Source of the DNA: Candidatus Omnitrophota bacterium | Lineage (GTDB): Bacteria; Omnitrophota; Gorgyraeia; Zapsychrales; Zapsychraceae | DNA: 64,000 nucleotides | Assembly (NCBI GenBank): GCA_018812705.1 | Contig: JAHJCZ010000028.1 | Coordinates: 11,092-75,091 of the forward strand | Direction of reading: 5' to 3' | Part shown: positions 29,573-39,557 of the stretch, in pieces | How positions within the stretch are numbered: the first letter of the stretch is position 1 | Layout of the letters: the number at the start of each line of letters is the position of its first letter | Program-made: the position numbers and the translations under genes | The notes under the pieces: model-generated | Seen by the model: the letters and a program-made list of their open reading frames with translations, nothing else | What the model was told of the DNA's origin: nothing | Databases searched by the model: none

Positions 29573-30346
29573 TTATGTAACATGACCAAACACAAGTTTT
29601 TCGCCATCCGTAATAGGTCCTTTTGCATCCCCGTTGATGAACTGCCTTACGACAGGATGCGTTGCTTGCTGTATCTCTTGTGGCGTACCCTCAGCAATCA
29701 CTTGTCCTGAATATATCATCGCTATTTTATCAGCTACCTTATATGCTGAATTCATATCATGAGTAACAACAATTGAAGTTACATCCAGCTTATTTCTTAG
29801 CTCCACTATTAAGCTATTGATCGCATCAGCTGTTATTGGATCAACTCCCGTTGTTGGCTCATCATAAAAAATCACTTCAGGCCCCATGCATAAAACACGG
29901 GCCAGACTAACTCTTTTTTTCATCCCGCCGCTTAATTCAGATGGCATCATATCTTCAACACCTTGCAACCCTACCAAAGCCAAACTTTCTTCGATCTTTT
30001 TATTAACTGCCCTTTTGTCTAATTTCATAAATTCATTTAGAACAAAAGATACATTTTCAGCAACATTCATAGAATCAAAAAGCGCCCCACCTTGAAAAAC
30101 CATACCGATTTTCATTCGGATCTTGTTATATTCCTTTTCAGGCAGATCAGTCACTTCAACGCCATCTATCTTTATAGAACCTGAGTCAGGGATCAATATC
30201 CCTATAATACTTTTTAAAAGGACACTCTTTCCAACACCAGATCGTCCAATAATAACCTTGGTCTGACCTTTTTCAATTGTCAAATTAACATCTTTTAGAA
30301 CAACATTTTCGCCAAAAGATTTATTTAGATTTACAATTTCAATCAT
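29573..30346 (-). CDS. mlaF: ABC transporter ATP-binding protein MlaF
   Basis: Walker A GRSGVGKS, signature LSGGMKKR and Walker B. Confidence 0.8.
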   Translation of the reverse strand: MIEIVNLNKSFGENVVLKDVNLTIEKGQTKVIIGRSGVGKSVLLKSIIGILIPDSGSIKIDGVEVTDLPEKEYNKIRMKIGMVFQGGALFDSMNVAENVSFVLNEFMKLDKRAVNKKIEESLALVGLQGVEDMMPSELSGGMKKRVSLARVLCMGPEVIFYDEPTTGVDPITADAINSLIVELRNKLDVTSIVVTHDMNSAYKVADKIAMIYSGQVIAEGTPQEIQQATHPVVRQFINGDAKGPITDGEKLVFGHVT

Positions 30347-30437
30347 TTAAGGGTCATTCTTTAATTTTTAAATTTAGTTTGTCTTGTTATTTTCCATTAA
30401 TTCACAAAGTATTCGCAAATTAATTCAATAATGATCC

Positions 30438-31193
30438 CTAAATATTCCAAATAAAATAAAACATTGTAGTGAATAAACAATCTGCCATTATGATAAGAAT
30501 GAACGAAACAACTACAGATTGTGTCGTGGCTTTTCCTACCCCTTCTGCCCCGCTATCAACATTCAGTCCTTGATGACATCCTACCAAAGCAATAATCGCA
30601 CCAAAAACAATCGTTTTGCATAAACCAGTCAAAATATCCTTAGCTGTCAAAGACTGTATCACCATCGACCAATACAAAGAAGGGCTTAAGAACAACTTGT
30701 ATACACAAATAACAAATCCTCCTAATATCCCGATAACATCAGCGAAAATAGTCAACACTGGCAACATTATCACTAGTGCTAGAAACCGTGGGACGACCAA
30801 ATACTTGACAGGATTGACTGCAAATGCTTTTAAGGCATCAACTTGCTCCGTTACTGTCATCGTTCCTAGCTCAGCTGTCATTCCTGCCCCAACTCTTCCT
30901 GCTACAATTAAAGCAGTCAAGACAGGGGCCAACTCCCTCGTTATCGATATTGCAACAATGCTTGGAATATAAATTTCTGCTGACAGCTCAACCATTTGAT
31001 ATGCCATCTGCAAAGACATGATAATTCCGATAAAAAAAGCGACCAACGAAGCAATAAAAAAACTTTCTGGCCCAACGCGTTTTGATTGAGTTAATATTCT
31101 ATTGAATTTAAAAGGCGGAACAAAAACCCAATAAAAGGTTCTTCCGCCAAGAAGCGATAACTCCCCAATATAACTTATGAAACGATAGACCAT
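30438..31193 (-). CDS. mlaE: ABC transporter permease MlaE
   Basis: MlaE/YrbE-family permease with 5-6 TM helices and the conserved pattern. Confidence 0.8.
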   Translation of the reverse strand: MVYRFISYIGELSLLGGRTFYWVFVPPFKFNRILTQSKRVGPESFFIASLVAFFIGIIMSLQMAYQMVELSAEIYIPSIVAISITRELAPVLTALIVAGRVGAGMTAELGTMTVTEQVDALKAFAVNPVKYLVVPRFLALVIMLPVLTIFADVIGILGGFVICVYKLFLSPSLYWSMVIQSLTAKDILTGLCKTIVFGAIIALVGCHQGLNVDSGAEGVGKATTQSVVVSFILIIMADCLFTTMFYFIWNI

Positions 31194-31227
31194 AATATTA
31201 TTAAGCTATCTCATTAACTAAATATTG

Positions 31228-32208
31228 TTAAAAACTAATCCGTCTCTCTACGCCTAAAACTCCTGTATCTTCATTTGATAACAAACCAGAAATAGGATTA
31301 TTTTGAAGGAAATACTTTAGCTCTGTTGTACCAGAGCTCCCTTTTTCTTTGTTGTATTTTTTTATCGTCCATTCGAGGCCAGAATCTGCTCCCCTAACAT
31401 CCAGCATGAAAGTAAGCTCTTTTATCTGCTTCTTAAAATTTTCTTTATCACTCAGGTCTATAGGCCCACTAAAAGTAAAACTAAATCCATCTTTTTCTGC
31501 TATTGATGAATCAAAAACTTCAAGCTTAGGATAAACACCATTAACATTAATATAAAGGCTGTTAAATTTAATTTTCTTTATAAACCCATCGTGACTTTCT
31601 AGCCTGCCTTTTAAAAATAATTTGCTAAGATTTCCTGCAACACCGATCGTTCCCGATACAAGCCCGCCAGAATCATCCTTTCTGTCTATCATCCAGAAAT
31701 CCAGAAAGTCATTCATCTCTATCATCGCTAAATTGAAAGCCAAATCTACATTATAAGGACTATCTAGATCAATAAAACCATTACAAGACACTTTGCCGAA
31801 AGAGAAAGACCTTAAATACAACTTATTGTTCTTCAATTCAAACTGACCAGTAAGCTCTCTTATCGGCTTATAGTTGAGCAGTGTATAATCACTCCAAATT
31901 TTCCCGAAAATAGCACCAATAGCATTCTTTTCTTTACCTGAAAATTCAATTAGTCCCCTGATCTCAGTTGATATATCAAATTGAAAAGCTTTAAAGTGCT
32001 CAGCGTCAAATAGCACGGATAGCTCTTTATCATCCCGCATTTCGCTCTTAACAATGATCGTCCCTCGGTCAAAGAAATCAAGATTGAATTCTATCTGCTC
32101 TTTATCAACATCAACTCTACCATCAAAAGAAAAAACATCTTTCGAGAATGAATTGACAGGGAAAAAGAGGCAAATGCCCAGAACGAATATTGTTATTTTG
32201 CATTTCAT
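31228..32208 (-). CDS. Secreted hypothetical protein, 326 aa, first gene of the mla operon
   Basis: Signal peptide MKCKITIFVLGICLFFPVNSFS. I recognise no domain. It is co-directional with mlaEFD and 34 nt upstream of mlaE. Confidence 0.45.
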   Translation of the reverse strand: MKCKITIFVLGICLFFPVNSFSKDVFSFDGRVDVDKEQIEFNLDFFDRGTIIVKSEMRDDKELSVLFDAEHFKAFQFDISTEIRGLIEFSGKEKNAIGAIFGKIWSDYTLLNYKPIRELTGQFELKNNKLYLRSFSFGKVSCNGFIDLDSPYNVDLAFNLAMIEMNDFLDFWMIDRKDDSGGLVSGTIGVAGNLSKLFLKGRLESHDGFIKKIKFNSLYINVNGVYPKLEVFDSSIAEKDGFSFTFSGPIDLSDKENFKKQIKELTFMLDVRGADSGLEWTIKKYNKEKGSSGTTELKYFLQNNPISGLLSNEDTGVLGVERRISF

Positions 32209-32213
32209 TTATA

Positions 32214-34631
32214 TCATTCAAAAACAATAATATCCTTGCTCCTGACCGCTTTAATTTTACTTCCTTCTGTGAACTTCCCAGAAATAATATCTTCTGAAAG
32301 AGGATCTTCTACCAATCGTTGGATCGTTCTCTTTAAAGGCCTTGCTCCATAGACAGGATCAAAACCCTTTTCAATCAGCAAAGCTACCGCTTCTTCATTG
32401 ATCTCCATATCAATGCCTTTATCTTTTAATCTACCCAAAACGTATGCTATTTCAATTTTAACGATCTCATGAAGATTTTCTTTTGTAAGAGATTGAAATA
32501 CTATAATATCGTCAACCCTGTTCAAGAACTCTGGTTTAAACGTATTTTTGACCTCAACAAGAAGACGTGATTTCATGTTTTCATATGAGGCCTCTTGTGC
32601 TTGTACCGCAAAACCAAGAGAGCCTTGTTTTCGCAACATGTCCGCACCAACATTAGAGGTCATAAGAATTATCGTATTTCTAAAATCAACTTTTCTACCC
32701 AAACTATCCGTCAACCTTCCTTCTTCAAATACTTGCAAAAGCAGATTAAAAACATCTGGGTGAGCTTTTTCGATCTCATCCAGAAGCACGACAGAATATG
32801 GTTTTCTTCTTACTTTTTCGGTTAACTGTCCACCCTCTTCATAACCCACATATCCTGGAGGTGCACCAATTAAACGAGAAACATTGAACTTGTCCATGTA
32901 TTCAGACATATCTATCTGCAATAAAGCATCTTTTCCACCGAACATAAACTCAGCCAAAGCTTGTGCCAAAAGTGTTTTTCCAACACCAGTAGGCCCTAAG
33001 AACACAAAAGAACCGATCGGCCTCTTAGGATCCTTAATACCTGCTCTAGAGCGCCTTACTGCACGTGCAATAGCACTGATAGCTTCTTTTTGACCAACGA
33101 CAACCTGATTTATCTGGTCTTCCATATTTAACAACTTCTGGCTTTCTTTTTGCTCCAATCTTACAAGAGGCACTTTTGTCCATTGTGAAACAACCTTAGC
33201 TATATCTTCATACCCGATAACTATAGTTATTTTATCTCTTTCTTCAGTCCAATCTTTTCTTATCTGCTCAAGTTTGTTCCTTGTTTCTCGCTCTTGATCC
33301 CTCATATTCGCAGCTTTTTCAAAATCTTGGATTTTGATATAGTCTTCTTTTTGCTCTTTCAATTTTTCAATTTCAGCCTCTAGGTCTTTAAGTCCAGGAG
33401 GTGCGACCATTGCCTTCAGACGTGCCCTTGAACCAGCTTCATCTAAAATATCAACAGCCTTGTCAGGCAGAGCTCTTCCTGAAATATATCTTTCAGAAAG
33501 TTTAACTGCGGCATCTAAAGATTCATCAGAAAACTGCACTCTATGATGTGCTTCGTATCTATCCCTTAATCCTTTAAGTATCTGAATAGCTTGATCCACT
33601 GAGGGAGGATCTACCATTATTGTTTGAAATCTTCTTTCTAAAGCCGCATCTTTCTCAATGTGCTTGCGATACTCATCTAAAGTAGTAGCACCAATACACT
33701 GGATCTCTCCACGTGATAAAGCCGGCTTTAAGATATTTGCAGCATCAATAGCACCTTCGGCTGCACCAGCACCAACTAATGTATGAAGCTCATCAATAAA
33801 AAGTATCAAGTTACCTGAACGCCTGATCTCATCCATGATAGCTTTGATCCTTTCCTCAAATTGACCTCTATATTTAGTTCCGGCTATCATAAGCGCTAAA
33901 TCTAAAACAACAATTGTCTTATCTCTAAGGATTTCTGGCACATCTCCTTTAACAACTAGCTGAGCTAACCCTTCAACAATAGCCGTCTTTCCAACACCAG
34001 CTTCACCTAACAACACAGGATTGTTCTTTGTTCTACGACTTAAGATCTGAACTATTCTCTCTATTTCTTCCTCTCGACCAATTACAGGATCTAATTTTCC
34101 ATCTCTAGCTAACTTATTAAGATTGCGTCCATAAGCATCGATCGCAGGGGTTTTGTTTGTTTTTTCCTGCTCTTGTGTATTGAATCCAGGAATACCCGAG
34201 CCTAATAGCTCCATAACTTCAGTTCGCAACTTACCAAGATCCAAACCTAAATTAAGTAAAACCCTGTAGGCCATTCCTTCTCCCTCTTTTACCAATCCTA
34301 AAAGAAGATGCTCTGTTCCAATATAGTTATGGCCAAGAGCCCTTGCTTCTTCTGCAGATAGCTCAAGAGCTTTCTTAGACCTTGGAGTGAAAGGAATATC
34401 CCCCATTACCTGGGTTTGAGGACCTGGCTGAACTAATTTTTCAACTTCAATTCTAATAGTCTCCAGATCAAGGCTTACTTTCTGTAACACTGCGGCTGCA
34501 ACACCCTCACCTTCACGAACCAAACCAAGCAAAAGATGCTCTGTTCCAATATAATCATGATTAAACCTTCTTGCTTCTTCTTTGGCGTAAACAATTACTT
34601 TTCTTGCTCTTTCCGTAAATCTATTGAACAT
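32214..34631 (-). CDS. clpC: ATP-dependent Clp protease ATP-binding subunit ClpC
   Basis: Two N-terminal Clp_N repeats, two AAA+ modules ([15 protein letters not shown] and [15 protein letters not shown]) and a UVR-like middle domain. It lies downstream of mcsA and mcsB. Confidence 0.9.
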   Translation of the reverse strand: MFNRFTERARKVIVYAKEEARRFNHDYIGTEHLLLGLVREGEGVAAAVLQKVSLDLETIRIEVEKLVQPGPQTQVMGDIPFTPRSKKALELSAEEARALGHNYIGTEHLLLGLVKEGEGMAYRVLLNLGLDLGKLRTEVMELLGSGIPGFNTQEQEKTNKTPAIDAYGRNLNKLARDGKLDPVIGREEEIERIVQILSRRTKNNPVLLGEAGVGKTAIVEGLAQLVVKGDVPEILRDKTIVVLDLALMIAGTKYRGQFEERIKAIMDEIRRSGNLILFIDELHTLVGAGAAEGAIDAANILKPALSRGEIQCIGATTLDEYRKHIEKDAALERRFQTIMVDPPSVDQAIQILKGLRDRYEAHHRVQFSDESLDAAVKLSERYISGRALPDKAVDILDEAGSRARLKAMVAPPGLKDLEAEIEKLKEQKEDYIKIQDFEKAANMRDQERETRNKLEQIRKDWTEERDKITIVIGYEDIAKVVSQWTKVPLVRLEQKESQKLLNMEDQINQVVVGQKEAISAIARAVRRSRAGIKDPKRPIGSFVFLGPTGVGKTLLAQALAEFMFGGKDALLQIDMSEYMDKFNVSRLIGAPPGYVGYEEGGQLTEKVRRKPYSVVLLDEIEKAHPDVFNLLLQVFEEGRLTDSLGRKVDFRNTIILMTSNVGADMLRKQGSLGFAVQAQEASYENMKSRLLVEVKNTFKPEFLNRVDDIIVFQSLTKENLHEIVKIEIAYVLGRLKDKGIDMEINEEAVALLIEKGFDPVYGARPLKRTIQRLVEDPLSEDIISGKFTEGSKIKAVRSKDIIVFE

Positions 34632-35716
34632 TATTTTTCCCCTCCCAATTTTTCCCTAATTAGTTTTGCTCTTTTTATATCTCTGTCTGCAACTAATAAT
34701 TTTTTTCCTTCTAGCTTTTGTAAATGTGCAGGTTGTATCATTATGAATAGTTCATTAATGATACCTCTATCTAGGTCTTTTATTATTTCAAGATCTATCC
34801 CTAATCGAACCATAGATAACATTTCAACTGTTTCTTGACTCGATATTATATGTGCATTTTTCAATACTCCAAAAGACCGGAATATCTTATCTTCAAGCAT
34901 AGGTTTATTCTGTAACAGCAAAGCTTGTCGAGCCTGTTCTTCTTGATCAATAACTTGACGTATAAGCCCATCAATATTCTGGATTATTTCCTTCTCGCTG
35001 TGCCCCAAGGATACTTGATTAGATATCTGATAGAAATTACCGCTAGCTTGAGTCCCCTCGCCATAAAAACCGCGAGAAGCAAAATTCAGCTTTGATACTG
35101 CTGCTAAGACTTTATTAACTTGTTTTGTCATAACTAGAGCAGGCAGATGCAACATTACTGAACCACGCATTGCCGTCCCAGTATTTGTTGGGCAAGCAGT
35201 TAAATATCCCCATTTAGATGAATAGGCAAAAGCCAGTTTCGCGGCTAATTGATCATCAATTGAGTTTGCTACTTCCCATGTATCGCTCAAATTCAATCCT
35301 GACTGCATAACTTGGATCCTAAGATGGTCCTCTTCATTGATCATAACAGCAAGCCCTTCTTCCTTGGAAAAAACCAAAGCTTTCCCTTCAGTGTTGACAG
35401 CATGATCATGGCTCATCAAATGACGTTCAATTAGAAATTGTTTCTCAATATTGTCTAGCTCGCTAATTTTAAAGAACATTGAACCCTTGAACAGATCAAT
35501 ACTGTCCATAGCTCCTTTAATTTCGGACAATATGTCAGTTAACTCTTTTTTTCTTGCTTTATTAGGAAACGGCTTAAGCATTAAGTTGCGTGCTAATCGG
35601 ATCCGAGAAGACATAACAATGTCAGAATGAGCCCCCGTTCCCTTCAGCCATTCTCCCTTGTTGTTAATAAAATCATTAAATTCCATTTTAATTACCATCT
35701 TTCTTTTCAATTTCAT
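34631..35716 (-). CDS. mcsB: Protein arginine kinase McsB (ATP:guanido phosphotransferase)
   Basis: Guanido kinase catalytic-domain similarity. Its position between mcsA and clpC fits. Confidence 0.85.
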   Translation of the reverse strand: MKLKRKMVIKMEFNDFINNKGEWLKGTGAHSDIVMSSRIRLARNLMLKPFPNKARKKELTDILSEIKGAMDSIDLFKGSMFFKISELDNIEKQFLIERHLMSHDHAVNTEGKALVFSKEEGLAVMINEEDHLRIQVMQSGLNLSDTWEVANSIDDQLAAKLAFAYSSKWGYLTACPTNTGTAMRGSVMLHLPALVMTKQVNKVLAAVSKLNFASRGFYGEGTQASGNFYQISNQVSLGHSEKEIIQNIDGLIRQVIDQEEQARQALLLQNKPMLEDKIFRSFGVLKNAHIISSQETVEMLSMVRLGIDLEIIKDLDRGIINELFIMIQPAHLQKLEGKKLLVADRDIKRAKLIREKLGGEK

Positions 35717-36191
35717 GGATTTTATCTCTTAGCTTTGCCGCTAATTCAAAATCTTCTACTCCAATAGCTTCCAGTAATTGCTGCTTGAATCCTTGAAGGT
35801 CATCAACTTTTATTTCCCCTTTTGCCTCAGTAAAATCAACAGGGCCTTTTCCAGAATGACGATTGGATCCATGGATCTTTTTTAGCAAAGTAGATAAATG
35901 AACTTTAAAGGAATCATAACACTGGCTACAACCTAATCTTCCTAATTTCCTAAAATCATCATAACTTAAGCCGCAGTTAGAACATTTTAAATCAGCTTTC
36001 TCAACATCCTTTACTTGTTTCCCAAAATCAGACAATCCTGCAAGTAAATCTGCTAATCCAAACTGTTGCTCCATCTGGACGCTCTTTTCCTTTGCACAAG
36101 ATTCACATAGATGCATCTCGGACATTTGCTCATCGATGATCTCTGTTAAATGCACAGTAGCTTTCTTCTTACAACAAATATCACAAAGCAT
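35688..36191 (-). CDS. mcsA: McsA, activator of McsB (zinc fingers plus UVR domain)
   Basis: N-terminal CxxC pairs (CDICC, CESC, CSNC, CSQC) and a C-terminal UvrB/C-like motif. Confidence 0.8.
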   Translation of the reverse strand: MLCDICCKKKATVHLTEIIDEQMSEMHLCESCAKEKSVQMEQQFGLADLLAGLSDFGKQVKDVEKADLKCSNCGLSYDDFRKLGRLGCSQCYDSFKVHLSTLLKKIHGSNRHSGKGPVDFTEAKGEIKVDDLQGFKQQLLEAIGVEDFELAAKLRDKIHEIEKKDGN

Positions 36192-37089
36192 AATGACTCC
36201 CTATTCTCTTTCTGTGGCTTTTTACTAATATTTTACACCATCGTTTTTTGTTACTACTTGAAACATTTTCAGCATCTTCTTGGTTATTGCCCCCCGGCTT
36301 ACCATTTCCAATACGCCTGCCATCAACCTTGACTACAGGAATGATCTCAGCAGCAGTTCCCGTCAGAAAACACTCCTCTGATGTATAAACTTCATGTCTC
36401 GTGATCTGGCATTCTTTTGTTTTTATTTTTGTCTTTTGGGCATACTTAAGAACGACATCTCTTGTGATCCCCTTCAATCCTCCTTGACTTGGAGTTGAAA
36501 GGACCCCATTTTTGAAAATAAAAATGTTGTCTCCTGTACATTCTGCAACATACCCTTGATGATCTAACATGATAGCTTCGCTATAACCTGAATTGCCAGC
36601 TTCTATCTTTGCTAAAATGTTGTTCAAATAATTTAAGGATTTTAGCTGAGGATTCAGAGCCTCAGGATTATTCCTTATTGTAGGAACTGTGATTATCTCC
36701 ATTCCATTTTGATAAAGTTCTTTTGGATAAAGTGTTATCTTATCAGTAATTATAATGATACCTGCAGAACCTATGCACTTTTTGGGATCCAATCCAAGGT
36801 CTCCTTCTCCGCGCGTTATAAGAACCCTAATGTATGCATCTTTCAATTTATTCTTTTTCAAGGTATCAACAATAAGTTGCATCATTTGCTTTTTTGTAAG
36901 AGGAACTTCTATCATAAGCGTATGAATTGTTTCATACAATCTATCGACATGTTCTTTTAACTTAAAAACAACGCTATTATAAGACCTTATTCCTTCAAAA
37001 GCCCCATCGCCATAAAGAAGCCCATGATCAAAAACAGAAACTTTTGCATCTTGTTTTTCAACAAATTTTCCATTTACATAAACTTTCAT
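36181..37089 (-). CDS. ilvE: Class IV aminotransferase (branched-chain amino acid or D-amino-acid aminotransferase) with a probable C-terminal frameshift in a G6 tract (plus-strand C6 at about 36290-36295)
   Basis: Fold-type IV PLP signature MKVYVNGKFVEKQDAKVSVFDHGLLYGDGAFEGIRSYN. Removing one G changes the tail from the odd GGNNQEDAENVSSSNKKRWCKILVKSHRKRIGSHYAL to GKPGAITKKMLKMFQVVTKNDGVKY-stop at about 36225, which looks like a canonical BCAT C-terminus. Confidence 0.75.
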   Translation of the reverse strand: MKVYVNGKFVEKQDAKVSVFDHGLLYGDGAFEGIRSYNSVVFKLKEHVDRLYETIHTLMIEVPLTKKQMMQLIVDTLKKNKLKDAYIRVLITRGEGDLGLDPKKCIGSAGIIIITDKITLYPKELYQNGMEIITVPTIRNNPEALNPQLKSLNYLNNILAKIEAGNSGYSEAIMLDHQGYVAECTGDNIFIFKNGVLSTPSQGGLKGITRDVVLKYAQKTKIKTKECQITRHEVYTSEECFLTGTAAEIIPVVKVDGRRIGNGKPGGNNQEDAENVSSSNKKRWCKILVKSHRKRIGSHYAL

Positions 37090-37118
37090 AAAATCCTCAC
37101 CTTTTTTATTTTTTATAA

Positions 37119-37790
37119 CTAAATTAATATTCCATCCCGCATATGAATTACTTTCGGCGATATTTTTGCGATATCGTCATCATGCGTGACAACAACTACA
37201 GATTGATTATTTTTCTGATTTAATTGCAACAACAGATCAATAACATTTTTTCCACTTTCTGAATCCAAATTACCAGTAGGCTCATCACAAAGTATCAACT
37301 TAGGGCCATTTATCAATGCCCTTGCTATTGCGACCCTTTGCTGTTCGCCGCCAGACAATTGGTTTGGCTTATGATCAACTCTTTTTTCCAAACCAACCAA
37401 AGCCAAAAGCTCTCGGCCTTTTTCTTTTAACTTATTGTTCACCTGACGATTTTCTTTTACAAGCAAAGGTAGCATAACATTCTCTAAAGCAGTGAACTCA
37501 CCTAAAAGATGATAGAACTGAAACACAAAACCAATTTTGTTATTTCTGACCTTAGCTCTTTGAGTATCTGTTAATTTATATATATCTTCATCCTCAACAA
37601 TAACAACTCCATCGCTAGGCTTGTCCAAACATCCTAAAATATGAAGTAAAGTTGACTTACCGGCGCCTGAAGGCCCTACTATCGAAACAAATTCACCTTT
37701 TTCGACCTCAAGATCAATTCCTTTTAAGACATCAAAAGAACTTGCTGCATGATCGTAAGTTTTTTTTATATTTTTAGCTTTTAGTAACAT
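37119..37790 (-). CDS. lolD: Lipoprotein-releasing system ATP-binding protein LolD
   Basis: Walker A GPSGAGKST, signature LSGGEQQRVAIARAL and Walker B. It is adjacent to a FtsX-like permease. Confidence 0.75.
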   Translation of the reverse strand: MLLKAKNIKKTYDHAASSFDVLKGIDLEVEKGEFVSIVGPSGAGKSTLLHILGCLDKPSDGVVIVEDEDIYKLTDTQRAKVRNNKIGFVFQFYHLLGEFTALENVMLPLLVKENRQVNNKLKEKGRELLALVGLEKRVDHKPNQLSGGEQQRVAIARALINGPKLILCDEPTGNLDSESGKNVIDLLLQLNQKNNQSVVVVTHDDDIAKISPKVIHMRDGILI

Positions 37791-37793
37791 TAA

Positions 37794-38987
37794 TTATTCA
37801 TATCTCAATGCTTCTACTGGTTCTAAACTAGCTGCCTTTGCTGCAGGATATATCGTAGCTAAATAACTGATTATCAAAGCAGCAGCAACAATAACAAACA
37901 TATCAAACATTTGTAATTCAACGGGGACATGATCTATCGAGTAGATCTCTTTAGGGACCTTCACATAATTTTTTAAAATATAACTAATTGAAACGCCTAA
38001 TAGCACACCCCAAAAAGTACCCAAGCTCCCGATAAAAAGACCTTGTTTAATAAAAATCCTACGAATAGACTTTTTTGTAACTCCAATAGATTTTAATATT
38101 CCAATATCATGGATCTTGCTTGTAACAGTAACTACTAATGTGCTTATAATATTAAAAGATGCAACAATTACCATTAGGGTCAAGATTATGAACAAGCCCC
38201 ATTTCTCTAGGAACAAAGCATCAAAAAGATTTCTATTGCTATCTATCCAAGTTTTTACGATATAACCATACCCTATTAAATTATAAATTTTTTCTTTAAC
38301 CTCTTCTGACTGATTAGGGTTCTGCAATTTAACCCCTATGCCAGTTGAAAATCCTTCAGGCAATCCAAATATTTCTTGAGCTTTAATTATATCAATTGCA
38401 ATGACATTCATATCATAATCTGCCATACCGGTCGTAAAAATGCCTGAAATTTTGAATTTATATCTCCATCCTTGCCCGGACAACCCAGAGCTGGGAGATA
38501 TAAGAGTGATCTCGTCTCCTGGAGAATAACCAAAATACCTTGCTAACTCACTACCAATTATTACATTGTCACCTTTAAGTTCCTTAAGGTCTCCTTTTAT
38601 CAAGTACTGACTGATCTTTGTTACTTTATCTTCTTTTATTGCATCAATTCCACGAACAACCAATCCAATTGCCTGTCCTGAGCTCTCAAGGAATATATTA
38701 CCCTGAACGTATGGCGCTGAATTTTCTACTTCAGCAATATTACTTATATTCTTTTGGATCGCAGAATAATTCTCGATAGTAGTTTCCTTCTCGATCATAA
38801 TATGAGGCGTGGTGCCTATTATCTTCTCTCTCAAATTATTACCAAAACCAGTCATAACACCAATTACAATGATCAATGCCATAACGCCAATAGCAACACC
38901 AGCTATAGAGATAACGTTCAGAAAGGTTAAAAAGCGCCCTTTACTTGCTATTAAATACCGATAACTAATCCAATTTTCGTAACCCAA
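37794..38987 (-). CDS. lolC: Lipoprotein-releasing system permease LolC/E (FtsX-like)
   Basis: Topology of an N-terminal TM, a large periplasmic domain and a C-terminal 3-TM FtsX domain. Paired with lolD. Confidence 0.75.
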   Translation of the reverse strand: MGYENWISYRYLIASKGRFLTFLNVISIAGVAIGVMALIIVIGVMTGFGNNLREKIIGTTPHIMIEKETTIENYSAIQKNISNIAEVENSAPYVQGNIFLESSGQAIGLVVRGIDAIKEDKVTKISQYLIKGDLKELKGDNVIIGSELARYFGYSPGDEITLISPSSGLSGQGWRYKFKISGIFTTGMADYDMNVIAIDIIKAQEIFGLPEGFSTGIGVKLQNPNQSEEVKEKIYNLIGYGYIVKTWIDSNRNLFDALFLEKWGLFIILTLMVIVASFNIISTLVVTVTSKIHDIGILKSIGVTKKSIRRIFIKQGLFIGSLGTFWGVLLGVSISYILKNYVKVPKEIYSIDHVPVELQMFDMFVIVAAALIISYLATIYPAAKAASLEPVEALRYE

Positions 38988-39077
38988 AATTATCCTTTAC
39001 TCAAGAAAATCGCTACGCGATAACTTATGATTTTTATGCAGCCGGGAAAGTTTTATACTTTCCTGTGCTGTGAAAGA

Positions 39078-39485
39078 CTATAAAAGCACTTGATTTCTAT
39101 CTTTGCCTATTGAAGCAGAAACTTGAGAAACAAAACTTCTGTATGAAGCCATGACATTCTTTACTAAAGCCCCACCTTCAATCCAAATATCATATTCAAT
39201 AGTTATAACTTTTTCGCCTGCTATCGCTTTTATTTGGATCAGCTCTTTATTAATAACATTTGCGTAATCCAAAACGTCAGAAAACAAACAGCCTTCTTTG
39301 AGATTAAAATAAACTCCCAAAGTGATATTAGCTTTCTTCTTGCCAATATCTATAAATATCCTGAATTTATCCTGGATAAACAAACTGCCTTTGTCATCTA
39401 AAGAAGTTTGAAAATAAGCTTTATCAAAATAGGCCATCAGTAGATCCCGGGAAACATTATTTTGATCAATAATTTCATCTTTCAT
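39078..39485 (-). CDS. Hypothetical cytoplasmic protein, possibly YbjN-like
   Basis: 135 aa with an ATG start. Weak resemblance to the YbjN family; no catalytic motifs. Confidence 0.4.
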   Translation of the reverse strand: MKDEIIDQNNVSRDLLMAYFDKAYFQTSLDDKGSLFIQDKFRIFIDIGKKKANITLGVYFNLKEGCLFSDVLDYANVINKELIQIKAIAGEKVITIEYDIWIEGGALVKNVMASYRSFVSQVSASIGKDRNQVLL

Positions 39486-39557
39486 AAAATTCGATTCCTT
39501 TCTTTAGCATTGCTTTATAAAAAATAATTATTTCGACTATTAATAATATATTACAAT

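Noticed and set aside
38988-39077. Hairpin GGGAAAGT-tttat-ACTTTCC downstream of lolC as a Rho-independent terminator
   Set aside because: On the minus (coding) strand the stem is not followed by a U-run, so it does not fit a canonical intrinsic terminator. It may still be structural.
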